In this document: one piece after another, positions 51,247 to 64,000 of the stretch
How positions within the stretch are numbered: the first letter of the stretch is position 1
Layout: every line of letters starts with the position of its first letter
Assembly (NCBI RefSeq): GCF_000150275.1
Contig: NW_002060945.1
Span: 5,918,991 to 5,982,990 of the forward strand
Length of the DNA stretch: 64,000 nt
Reading direction: 5' to 3'
From: Trichoplax adhaerens
Lineage: Eukaryota; Animalia; Placozoa
Translations under genes and position numbers: made by a program
Notes under the pieces: model-generated
What the model was told of the DNA's origin: nothing
Seen by the model: only the letters and a program-made list of their open reading frames with translations
Database searches by the model: none

Positions 51247-54218
51247 ATGGACAAGAAATTACTGATCTCGTTCTTAATCTTGATGGCTATCGTGTCCTCT
51301 TCCTGTTCTTTTGTAAGTCGTAAATCTTACTAATAGATCATTGTGATAAAATCCGATCATGAAAGTTCCAAAGTTGTAGAAAATTAGAACTTATAATACA
51401 AAGACTAGCTACATACAGCTCTACTCTAGCCGAATACAACTACCGAAAGACTTCTAGAAAGAATAATCAGATAATCTAATGTCTCCTGCTTTTATACTCT
51501 TCGTACCCTTTGCAGCTACAATCCGCATAGCAGCATTCTACCATATTTTACACCGTATTCAGTTTATTATTAGTCACAATATTTTACAGCGAACCCTCAT
51601 TAATCTAATATAGAAATGATTACAGTATTTACGTGGACATTATTCCTACTACTCAAAGTACAATGAAATAAGCATGTCCTAATAAATGTTTTACAATTCT
51701 ATTTCTACCTCTAGCCTTATCAGTAGCTCAACAAATTACTGTATATAGTCATCCGTACTCTAGCATAGAGTCTATCCTTACAGTTTATAATTATGAGCTA
51801 CTAAATATATCATACGATAAATATAGAAAGACACCACCGTACATCATACTAAACATGGCTAATAGTCTACAATTATAACACGAAATTAATTTACAATCAT
51901 TTAATTATCTATAATGTATTGATGTGATATTATATGAGAAACTGTTACTTATACTTATCATAAAATACCACCAAATACAAATTGTGTGTATTTGTACTAC
52001 TACCCAATCATACGAAATGACAATAAAACTGGTATACCATAATCCTACATTTCAGTGGATGAGTTTATGAAATACACCATTAAAGTGCAATTTTATGAAC
52101 GCAAATAGTAATATCAAGCGTTAATGTTTAATCATCAAATATATGCAGTTGATAACGCTCAAGAATAATGTACTAACCTAGCGTAAGGATAGTAAAAAAC
52201 TACCATTATTTCATTTTGCGTGCTATTTTACTCATTTTTTAAAGATTAATGTTTCTTATAACTAAACAAAAAACTAATGATGAACCATGTTTATATATAG
52301 CATACTGAGTATGCATATTTATTTTTTCATGTAGGCTTAAATCCTTTTATAAATAAGTATTTAGCATCAGTACATTCCGTCAATTTAGAGTTTGCATTTT
52401 ATGGGTTAAAGTTGATGATTGGATAAGTAAATATGCACACAAGAGTAGTAAAAGATTTGATATCCGTCGTGCTTATAGAAATCTTTATCATAAATTGACT
52501 CATTAAACAGAAATTACTAACTTATCTTTTATTTTAGATTATAAAATCTAAAATACGCTACCGATAAGAATGCTTATTTGTTCGCGCTGTACAGACTCTT
52601 CGATGAAACTATACCGTAGATAGTGCTATTTTCGCCAAAGTAATATTTAAAGTTACTCTAATTGATGCCTACGCAATTACTCTATGGGCGAAGTAGTAGA
52701 TTGTTTTGTATTGGAATTTTACTGAGATTAGTATAGGAAAGTAAATCGATTGCGATGGTATCCAATGATGGAAAAAAATCTCCAGAATTTGAGCTTTACA
52801 GGAGACATGAGTATCTCCGATTGTAAATTCGCCCTTATTCTATAGTGTATTAAATTATACTACAGTATGAATAATTACTGATTCTGCAAAGCTTAGCAAT
52901 AGACTTGTATTCATTCTCTCTTTACGAGCTTTGATTAGTTAAATTTTCACTTATGTATAAATAGGAATTGGCTCCTTAAACTTTCGATAAAGTACATACC
53001 TTGCCTAAAATAGAATGAGACGATTAATCAAAGTAATATTTTAATATTAGATGGACGATAACAGAAGTGATGAATATGTAGGAGCACCTGTTGCCGAAAA
53101 AGAGACCGATACATCTACAAAAAAACTACTGAATCGAATTAAAAAATTAAAAAAAAAGGTGAAAGATCTTCAGGAGAAAGTTTCAATTATGTCAAAAAGC
53201 GTAACATCCAATACGTATAGAATAAAGGCCGCCGACAAAAGTGTATTACTCATAAATCAGCAATTGCTGAACATAACAGGTACTGTGATTATTTAATCCA
53301 CATATCCAACATTCCTAAATATAGCAATGATTTAACTAATTTACTTTCAATAATTTAATATTACGCTTATACAGGTAATAAATTAATATAAGGTTAATAC
53401 GAGTATTTTTTATTTAAATTAACTTGTACTTCATTTACACTCGGCAAAAATTTGATTCTTTATTGCAATGTAATACATTATATCGCAGACTTAGTTAAGG
53501 ATATAATAAATTAAAATAAGGTTAATAGCATTCATTTTAGTTAACTTATACTCATTTACAGTTGCCAAAAATTTGATCTACTATTGCAATGTAAGCATGA
53601 TATGTTATGCATTTGAGAGAAATGAACTAAGTTAAGAAAAAGTTAACAGTTTATTGTTTCACTACGCAAAATTAATAACGAAAATCATCATATAGTAGCT
53701 CGGTTTACACAGATTATCTATAACACAAAGCAGAATAAAATGTTATCATATAATTATCATGTCAAGTAATTAAATTGTAATCACAAGGTATGCTAATCAT
53801 AGCAATATCTTAGTACTGTAATGGGTATACCAAAAAATTATATTATCAACTATAGTACATAATAGATATTATGTCACAAATTTACAAGTTGTAGAAGTTG
53901 TAAATCAATTATAATTATGGCTGAATTACTGTAATATAATTTTCTAATATTTTCATTTCAGGATATATACCAGCTCAATTTCAAAAAATCAACCGTCGAA
54001 TAGATCAACTATCCCAACAAGTTATTAGTGCAAATGGTCGCCTTATTACCCGTTGTCGAGTTTGTTTGCTTGTAACTGGCCCTTATGACCAATGTCAGGG
54101 TAACCGAAATACTTGTTCTGGTTGGTCTACATCACCTCAGTATACACAAACATATCGCGATGATACAGATCATCGCAGTGATGGTTGCTATATGCGGTGG
54201 AAAATAGAATGCCAATAA
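51247..54218 (+). CDS. Secreted 183-aa protein: signal peptide + coiled-coil stalk + C-terminal 6-Cys domain resembling the invertebrate MACPF accessory domain (IMAD); no MACPF
   Basis: Exons 51247-51312 (MDKKLLISFLILMAIVSSSCSF), 53051-53279 (heptad repeat), 53962-54218 (GYIPAQFQKINRRIDQLSQQVISANGRLITRCRVCLLVTGPYDQCQGNRNTCSGWSTSPQYTQTYRDDTDHRSDGCYMRWKIECQ*). Intron phases 0 and 1 are compatible. The last exon is missing from the supplied ORF track. Confidence 0.85.
53378..53595. repeat. Tandem duplication, about 128-bp period, in intron 2
   Basis: aaattaa.ataaggttaata...tcatttaca....caaaaatttgat...tattgcaatgtaa occurs twice. Confidence 0.75.
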
Positions 54219-57200
54219 TTGCTAATACGATAATGCTGCAATAGTCAAAGTACATCCGGTTAATTCTGACAAATAAAAGAGAAACCTAAAATTTACTGTT
54301 AAATTTAAATGATTTAATGCAAAACTAGATGATAAAGTTATCAATAAATGTGGAATTATTATTTGCTTATTGTCACAAACCAGCTTCGTGACAAGGATAA
54401 CGTAAAACAAATCTCTAAATTACTATAGTCTCCGGGATCCAGTATCCCTTAACTACCTCACAAGAATTTAGACGCCTTTGCTTCTACGTTAAAACAACTA
54501 TACAACCGAGAATTACTTTATTCAACTATCTGACGGGCTTATATACCCTTCTACAGCAGCTAACATTCACGAGTTATCTTATAAAAATACTTAGGTGAGA
54601 ACATCTACCTAACTAATTTTTCACAGTCGGACTACAATATGTCCATTCACAGAATCATTTCAGTGCACATTACAGCACAGCATTGAATTTACTGAAACAC
54701 ATTTATAATTAGAGTAATTCCTATTGTAAGTAACTAGTTGTAATATAATATCACTATATTATATTAACCAAATTTAGATATCTATTTCTTCACGGTAGTT
54801 CGTACCGTGACACTTATGGAAAGCATCTATGTAGTTTAGTAATTTAAATAATTTCCTAATATTAAGGCTATGCAAAATTATACATGATAAAGTATGATAT
54901 TGTATTCTAAATGGTTTTAATTTTGTAACAGTCTATAATTTCATTTTAAGAGGGATTTTAACTATAAAAGTTGGGTAATATATTCATGGAAAATGTCAAA
55001 TTTCAATTGCCTAATTTTTATCTGCATAATGATTAGTATTAAAATAAATAATTAAATATTAATTTTGAAGCTAAATAACTTGATGTTAGAGCAAACTTGA
55101 AGTTTAAAATGAAATAATACTTGTACATGAGTTAATGATTGTGCAAACATAGTACAGCACTCCACTCACTCCTAACAAATCTACCCCTAGACTAGACTTT
55201 ACACTACCTCGAATACCCCTAAGATCTAGATCAGTTCACTGTAACAACTAGAAATATCTTCCTTAAGTTTTACAATAAAGACAATATATACGGTACCTTT
55301 TCCTTACGAATGAACGATAAAATAAGAAACTCTCTTTTATACCTTCTATCTATATTCGCGAACTGCTACAGAGTAAATGTAAGGAAGTTAATAATAATAG
55401 ACGATATCGCTGTCCTCCATTCTTAGATCTAAATTTGTGTAATTTTATTCTCTATTTTAAAATGCATTAGATCATGCATAAAACACCAGACAGTCATGAT
55501 CAGAACAATATCTGACCTTTGAGCTCTCTTATAAATTAGGTAATTTTAACTTATTCACCTGTACTTACTGGAAAATGAATTAGATTACAATCGATAACCC
55601 AAACGGCAAACTATCAACGGTAAAACGATAAATACATCATATACTTATACTTAATGGTAGTTTTTAACACCGTGATACTAACATACCGATGAAATGTAGG
55701 GAGCTCTAAACTTAATTTTGTCTAAATCTAAGGCGATATACTCAGCCGTATTAACTGTGACACCTTATTTCCCTTACTAAATCTGTTCATTCCTACTCAC
55801 AACATAAAATATTCACCATAACTGTGTCTCTATCAACTCATTAGCAACTAGGACAATTACGTCCTTATTGTCTATACAACCTGTTATATTTTACTCCTTG
55901 ATGGAACTTTACTACAACAAAGCATGAAAAGTTCATAGTTTCGAAGTCAATTAGTTTAAGTTATGATGCCAAGCTGATTCTTGAATTTTCATCAGCTGTC
56001 GAGGAAATCTTTATAAGATAGGTAAGGAGATTGAATTTTATCCTTTTTATATATTAGTTTTGAATGATTCATGATATCACTACCAGTCTGAAATTAGCGT
56101 ATCATTTGATGATAAAGATAGCAGGTACTACAATAATTCTTTTTCATGATTAAATAGGTTAAATAGCGGTACTTAAGCAAAATTTCTATAACTTCTTAGC
56201 TTATCTTACCCGTATATAAAATGGAATAATATCAATGTCGAATAGAGAGGAATAAGCGGACTTTCTTTTACTACTAAATGTTTCGACCGTATTTGATGAT
56301 GATTCATTTTCTAATATTAAACTCTAGAATCAAGTAAACTAGCCTAGCAGGGTGCTTCCATGTTGATTTAATGGCTTTTCTACTACAAATATCAGCGAAA
56401 TCACTTTTTTAAAATAAAATTAATTGTACTAATAGTAGCATCTTGGCCTTTTTTCGTCGTGTTTAGCTTAAGATTAATTAATAATAACACCATAAGATTG
56501 ATTCTATAGCATCAAAGTAAAGTACGAACAATGCAGTATTGAAAAAATTTAAGGTATGTTTATCTATACGACAATCAGATATAAATAACTTAAATTATTG
56601 TATAATATATTGATAACAACAAAACCAAGCATTGTAAAATTACGTCAATCTGAAATACATGCAGATCAGCATATTGTTTTAATTAAAATAAAACCTTTGT
56701 AAATATATTCTATTTTCTTATTCAGAAAATCTTAATTCTCTAACTCGTAATTAAGTATGATCTAAGCCCTAAAATTACGGAAGCAATGTCGTCATCTTTT
56801 TGACTAAAACGCCCACCACTAGTTATATTTATAGTCTAAAATTAGATTATGCTATTCAAAGATCATCTAATAATTTTAATGGCTTGATTCTGGTTAAGAA
56901 ATGGGCCTACCGATATCAATAATAATAAAAATCAAGGGTTAACTATGGGTGCAGACGATTTTATTATAGTGTGAAAAGAGAAAAGCTCAATTACTTTCTA
57001 TATAACAGTAGGTATTTATGACTCATGAATACTTGTGTTGAAAATGATCAATCGAGTAATTGAGTGAAAGTAACAACATTTATATTACACGCGTGCATTA
57101 TTGAAATAAAAAATATATATATTTTGATATAGGCTGATGGAATCTAGCTAATAAAAAATTCATAAGATTAGTAAAGCAATCTCACACTAATGTGGAACTG

Positions 57201-57287
57201 AGATTCGCTTATTAATATTCATTCCTTTTAATTTATTTTAAGGACATTCATTATTTCATTAAAAAACCAGCAATTATTACACTACGT

Positions 57288-57337
57288 NNNNNNNNNNNNN
57301 NNNNNNNNNNNNNNNNNNNNNNNNNNNNNNNNNNNNN
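57288..57337. other. Assembly gap (50 N)
   Basis: Run of N; a single N also occurs at 38267. Confidence 0.98.
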
Positions 57338-57864
57338 ACCTACGTTAGTACTCAAAAAATATTTAGGATTACACGAACTATAATACAATGAATACATTAA
57401 ATTGGCTCGCAATTTACTGCATGACAAATATTAAGGATAGACTACTGTATGCATTCTTACGTATGAACGATATAAATAACTCTTTAATACTAAAATCTGA
57501 TCCAAGAATTCCGCAGATAGATACCTATAAGGGTACAATAAATCGTATTTTAATTATAGGCATCATTTATTATTAAATGTCTTACTCCAATTGTGTTTCA
57601 GTAGTTCAATAATGTTAGAGTGGAGTAGTAACAGTTAGATTTTAACCGCACTTTAATTTCTAGGGTTAAAATAAAATTGCATTCTATTTATGGCTAACCT
57701 GATTTGCCCCTTTTATTCCTCGACTGCCTTTTCTTTTGTAATTTCTTTTAATTTTATCCAAGCATGTCAATACAAAATTAAATTTGCTTTCTTACGACTA
57801 CTTCCAAGATCATACTGTTAATGTAGTGCCTTACAATAAACACTCAAGTTGTTGAGCTCGTATT

Positions 57865-58060
57865 GTAGTCAATAATTACGATTACAACCGAATTCTTACA
57901 CAATAGTTCGAGAATTTTATCTAGTATTAGTTGAGATTCAGTATTATCGTAAATGCGGTACCCTACAATAAATACTTAAGTTGTTTGGTCGTTATCGTAG
58001 TCAATAATTAAAATTGTAACCGTATTATTTCATAGTACTCTAAAAATTTATTCTCCCATA
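57865..58060. repeat. Degenerate tandem duplication, about 132-bp period
   Basis: gtagtcaataatta..att..aaccg.att at about 57865 and 57997. Confidence 0.6.
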
Positions 58061-61000
58061 GATTATGGATTTAGTACTATCCACTCCATTATCTCTTCTT
58101 TACTGAATTGCAATACCCTGTTGTTTTCATTTGTCATATCCTGTACAAACAATATTAATTCTCTTCTTTGTGTCCAACTTTCATGATTGTAAATCATTGC
58201 TGATATTTACTGAACTGCAGTAGCGGGGACAGTAAGTAATCGAAATTAATTCATGTAGTATTAAAATGATTAAATATGAATCATCACTTCTATTGATTTT
58301 AGACTGATTTTTATCGACTAAACTGAACTTTTCTTCTAAATTAAACATATCATATAATTATTATCTATCTTTCCTTACAGAGCGTGAGGCAATCTGAAAT
58401 ATCTTTCTAGTCGTTATACGTTAAACGCGCATCAAACTCTGCTGCCTGTAGTAGTGAGTTATTACGTTCAATTTTAAATAGTATTTTAGATTGAGCAATA
58501 TCGATTGGACTACCAATCCTCTATTAAATTGAATACTAAATCACGTAAAAGTAATACAAATATATTTTATAATACTCTTGATGTAATTCTTACAGTAATA
58601 CAGCTAACCTCCTTTAAGCTTCACGGTCTATGATTGGAATCCATTTATATCTGAATAGCAAATAAAGAATCATCATTTTTGTTGATTTTAGATTCAATAT
58701 GCCAGTATTATCGACTAAGCTTTGTCCACACCTTTCTAAATTAAGAATAAATGTCACTTTTTCTTTCTTTAGAACATGTAAAACCATCTAAATTCTCTTT
58801 TTTGGAGCTGCTTTTCTCTTAATCATTAATAAATATATAAATACTAGTCCCCGTAATGGTTAATCGATCATATTACGATAAATTAAGGATTCCTTCTCAT
58901 ATTAGCAAATGCAAGCATTGTTTTCTATTCCTTTGAGCATTTAAAATTACCCTAATTATTTTCTAGGATTTATTTCTTACCACACTGCTAGTACTCACAG
59001 AGCTCTGCTCGATCCTCTTTATGATTAGTGATTTAATTAAAATCATAACTTTCAGACTGCTAATGTTAACCGGTTTCTTAGCATTTATTCGATTGTAAAG
59101 AAATATAAATGCTTGGGGTGCTGAAATAAGTCATCAATACCGAAAATAAATCACTAAAAAATTTATTTGTTATTGACATTTAAATCAAAATATAAACCTT
59201 CCATTTTATTCTTAACAATAACTTAGAAAAGATAGCGCCCCAAAAAAACATTCTGTCAATATTGGCCACGGTAAGAATAATTTCATTGACGTAATACTAC
59301 CAAGATGCAATTCATTGTTCCTTCCTTTTCACTGTCATTTGTATATAAAAATCTTCTCTTATTCTCTCTGGCAGATAATTTTATAAATAGATTTACCATT
59401 ACCAATAACTTAGTAAAAACTGTCGAGCTCTATGTATTCAGCTTCAAGTCCTAGAATTGGTTTGCTTGTCTTTAGATGATTAAACAACTGTTTACTTGTG
59501 AAAATAAACTCATTTATAGCTAAAATAATCTGATTTATTTGTCATTAAAGCAACAATAAATCAACATTACATTTGCAGGCTGCAACAGGAACTGCTCAAT
59601 AAATTACTTCCCTCCATGCAACGGGCCTGGAAAAATTTTATTGAGCTGTCTCTGGCTGTATTCATGATTTTAAATGTACAGTAGTAAAGGATGAGATGAA
59701 TTTAATTTAATAAACCCGGTGCTCCTATTTTATCATTAATAGGATCAATAACAATTTATTGCATAAAAAATTGAAGATACAAGATATCAGCGTAATCCTT
59801 CAAGTTGCCTTTAAATTTCGTATTCGCCAAATTTTCTAACATAGCTAATTTATCAATATATATCAAGATATTCTTGTAGTATTGAATAATACCAGTATAT
59901 TAAATGTATTGAGAAAGGGAAGAAATAATTTTATTATTTAGTGAGAGAAATCTCATATCGATAATTTGCATTCTAGGATAAATTAGATTGAAATTTACTT
60001 ACCAAGATATTACAATATTTATACTCATAAAACTGGGCAGTGTTTGAATAGAGAAAACCAGTGATTTTAGTAACTGCAATTTTTTTCTATGCTAAGACAT
60101 TTCACGAAATATCAACACATGATAAGCAATAATTAAACGTAAAGATAAATTATCAAACTAATGACTTCACTTTAATATTACTAACACATTAACACTTGAT
60201 GAACGATCCTGGCTAAGGCTGAAAAATCAAATAGCCAGCCAGTTGCTTATTTTGGTGATAATATTATATACAGTAGCAAATAGTACTTGATAAGGAATCC
60301 TTAACCTAGTATAAAAATAAATTACCAAATTACTGGTTTCACTTGCTGCTACTATTTAAGATATTATTATTCGATAAATTTTGTTTACAAGTATTTCGGT
60401 TATATACCATATTTCATTTTTACATCATCCGTACTAGATTACCATAAACGATCGAATTAAAATTAATGATTAAATTAATCCATGACTTTATTTTAATATC
60501 ACTATAGTACTTAATAAGCAATATATAGAGAATTGCCAATGATCAGACAAAATTTTTTTGTTTTAATGTTATCACTTAGCAATAGCTATGCAAGCCATAA
60601 GACTTGACTTTCTCAAATACCCAAATATAAAATACGCTTTATCAATGCTACTATTTCCAGTAATGAATGTTTTGACGACGATCAATATTTTATCTTATCG
60701 TACAACAATGAATCTTTTTTTAAGAGCTAGTATCGCGCTATGATAAAAAGAATTATTGTTTAAGATACAAGATAGACAATGCATTTGTGTCAACTTATCT
60801 AATATTAATAGTTAGGTTATAATCATCGCTTCTTATCTTCCCTTCTACGTGACGAAATAAGATTTTTTCATAAATGCTAATACTAAAATCGATCCATAAA
60901 GCCCAAATTGAATTGCTTTGATTTTAGCCATCAGTTAAAGAAATATATCAAGCTTAATCTAGCCTGTATTGCCCGGTAACTATTACAGCTCATCAGAAAT

Positions 61001-63597
61001 GTTAACATTGCCCCTAACAACATTTAAGTTATAACTATTAATTGCTGGCAGACATTTTCAATAGAATCATCATTTATCATACAGTAGCAAACGAAATCGA
61101 AATAATTTCTGATATTCGTCAATAGTATAATAACTAGATTCATTCGATTCAAAAATTAATTGCATAAGATCTGTCTTTTGCTGATGATACGATTAATATA
61201 GTGTATATTTTTTATTATGTAGTGAAAATGGTGACGGTAGGATATGAATTCCACAGATGTATGAGTACGTCACTGTCTGCAGTCTTCATATGATCTGTTT
61301 TAAGTTAGCTTTTATGATTCTGAAAAAAATTTATACCGCAGTAATCTTCAGAACTAGGCTGTGCTATTACCGTACATATTGTTTACGACATTGCCGTTTA
61401 GATACATTTCAAATTTTAGATCACTATCGATTGTAATGAATTAATTTATAACAAACCAATTCTAGCTTTTAATAAGCTAGCTTGAAATTATTTGTGAAAA
61501 CCGATTTATTTTCAATCTATACCGCCTATACAAATCGCTTTAGCTGGACGCGAGCGTATATTCGTATTGTAAAAGTGTTAACGAAAAAACTGTGAGGGAC
61601 AATTGTAGATCAACTATCATTAGAATATGTTATCTAGTTTAAAAAAATTGAACCATCATGACTGCGGAACAGATAAAAGGAAACTGAAATAATAACGTTA
61701 ACATGAATCAATTTATAAATAACAGTATTGCATGCAGTCTATAGCGGTTTTAATAATGTTGGTCAAATATGATGATTCTGTATACTTATCGGGACGAATA
61801 AATTAATATCCACCACCGGCTAAACTATTTATTGATACATACCACATGCTACTAAGGTCGATTCCGATACTATACTGTGAAACTAATTCGTAAGCATATA
61901 AGTTGTTAATATCACATTCAAAGTTAACCAGGAAAAAAGTGACTTAACCGAAAACAATATTCTATTCGAAGTTAAATGTTAGAGAACAAAGTTCTATTAA
62001 TTGCTATATTTTCAAATCTTGAATGACCAAATTAATATCAAAATTTGAACTTTATCAGAAACCGAAAATGCTAGTGGCTTTTCGAACTATTATAAGATAC
62101 ACCCTCATTTCTATATTGTGAAAGGATTACTTTTGCTTAATTCGTAAATCTAGAGCTTACTAATTTTAATCATAAAATCTATATTAAACGGTGATAACCG
62201 GATTAGCAACACAACTACCCACGTAGAACTATATTTATCTAATGCCTTGTACATGGCAACCGATAAATAGTAGTATTCAAAGACGAGTATATAACAGCTG
62301 CTTTAATTTCACTCAGAATTTTCAGCTTACAATGATTTTTTAATAGTAAGCGTATTTATGTAATATTATTCATTTACACGATATCTTTTTAAATTGTCTA
62401 CAACTGTAAAAATTCACATCCAGTACATAAATTATGATATTTATACTCGTATACTATTTTACCATCAATTAAAGTAATCAAGTTCATCCTCACAAACTCT
62501 GCTTTTAAACTCAGAGTCCCCAAGTTCAGTAGTATAGATGAGGAATAACCTTATAAAATACAGTATTTATTTTATTCAATGGAATTCATGCTAAAATTTT
62601 GTTTAAAAATTGGTTTTGTTTATATAATATCTTTTGCTTTTATCAATAGGTTAGATTTACATTAATTATCTTACTGTAACATACTAATAATCAATTACAG
62701 TTATCTATTTTATATTTCTAATTTTTTTTCGAATTGTAAGCTATCAAGTTGGATAAATAAGATAAGGAATATCTCTTCATAACACGGGTACGGTTTACAT
62801 AAAAGCATTCCTGCTTTCTCATACTTGATCAATATATCACAGAGCTAGCAGGGCTGGATAGGTCGATTTTGATTGGATAATGCATAACTGAATGGGTTTA
62901 TGGATGATCAATTTGTTTTTTACATTATAGATTATGTTGATCCTAATTTGAATAAGGGGTGGACTAACAATTGCAACACTTCCCTATTGATCCCCATACT
63001 TAAAGGGAGGATAATAATTGATTCTACTCTGACCTAAAATGACATAACTTCCTTCCTATTTCAACATAGGCGCTATGAATATCGCAAATCTATGCATAGT
63101 ATGATGCCAAAGTTTCCTAGGATTAATATAACAGGATCAATAAAATTTAATTAATTCTTTATTTTACATTGACTTAAATACTCCTATATCTCACCGACGT
63201 TATTCATCGCTAAATAAATCATTCTTACTAGATAATATTGTGAATGAATTAGGAAAAATCATAAAATATATTTGTTATCGTAGATGTTTAATTTTGGATT
63301 GATTCCGTATCCATCCATCTTATCAATGTAGTTCACATTTCAGGTTATTACCTTATTACTAGTAAATAGCTAAGAGTTAAATGAAAAATCATAAAAATAA
63401 GTCCATTTTGTTAACCATTTCTATCTACATGATTTCAATATCGATGGATACCTTTATTTGTGATTGAATCATTGCTGCTAGATTGTCTTTTAATCAAAAT
63501 ACGCAAAACGATTTCCTTATTGTTATTGAAATTCTAACAGAATAAGTACATTAGAAAAAATGAAAACTGTATGGAAAGATATTATCTAGTCGTTTTT

Positions 63598-63800
63598 GCT
63601 AGATAACATTGTCTCAACTAAAAGTGTAGAAAATAAATAATAATCACATCGCTATCAGAATGTAAAGAAAATTGAAATTTCTACTCGATCGTATGCAAGG
63701 AATAAGTAGATATTTCTACTAGATAGTATTGTCTTAACTAAAAGTATAAAAATAAGTAATAATCATTTCGTTATCAGGATGTAAGTAAAATTGAAAATTC
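63598..63800. repeat. Tandem duplication, 120-bp period
   Basis: ctagata..attgtct.aactaaaagt.ta.aaaataa.taataatca.tcg.tatcag.atgtaa...aaattgaaa at about 63599 and 63719. Confidence 0.8.
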
Positions 63801-64000
63801 ATGAAAAAATTTTGTTTGATTTCTGTTTTTCATGATTTAGGATATCACTCCTATATGATAACACTATCGTAATCAATACAAGAATCTGCGAAAATCATTC
63901 TTTCCTCGTTATTAAAGGGAAATGAAGTTACATGAATGATATTGTTTAATTTTTGTTCTTAAGCACATCATTCAACCTAGCTGCACTAGATAACATGATA

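Noticed and set aside
53051-53279. Lys-rich segment as a neuropeptide precursor
   Set aside because: KK sites fall in heptad register of a coiled coil; no repeated peptides or G-K/R amidation signals.
54222-57576. ORFs 54222-54410 (-) and 57388-57576 (+); likewise 6126-6371, 11424-11627, 23781-23966, 33480-33713, 40482-40679
   Set aside because: Short ORFs with composition typical of random AT-rich DNA and no splice or motif support.
62185-62201. CATGGCAAC X-box half site
   Set aside because: Only half the palindrome matches and no associated gene is visible in the window.

Overview
AT-rich, intron-rich eukaryotic (animal) genomic DNA with short GT-AG introns. The style is consistent with a compact non-bilaterian genome such as a placozoan, but that is an inference. 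Hand-spliced + strand genes, in order: (1) an SLC35F3/F4-like DMT-fold transporter with a frame problem in exon 4; (2) a SAXO5/TEX45-like ciliary microtubule-inner protein with a near-perfect intronic RFX X-box; (3) three tandem, intact, 12-exon SLC6/NSS-fold genes (about 591-614 aa) whose Na+/Cl-/substrate-site motifs are strongly degenerate; (4) a tandem pair of small genes encoding a coiled-coil stalk plus a 6-Cys 'RDDTD.R..GC' head resembling the invertebrate MACPF accessory domain but with no MACPF domain. One of the pair is intact (183 aa, with signal peptide); the other has a premature stop. Also present: three solo LTRs with perfect 5-bp target-site duplications, a Helitron-type 3' end, several decayed minus-strand gene relics (one EF-hand-like), local tandem duplications and a 50-N gap. 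All gene models were spliced by eye and family assignments come from remembered motifs, not database searches.
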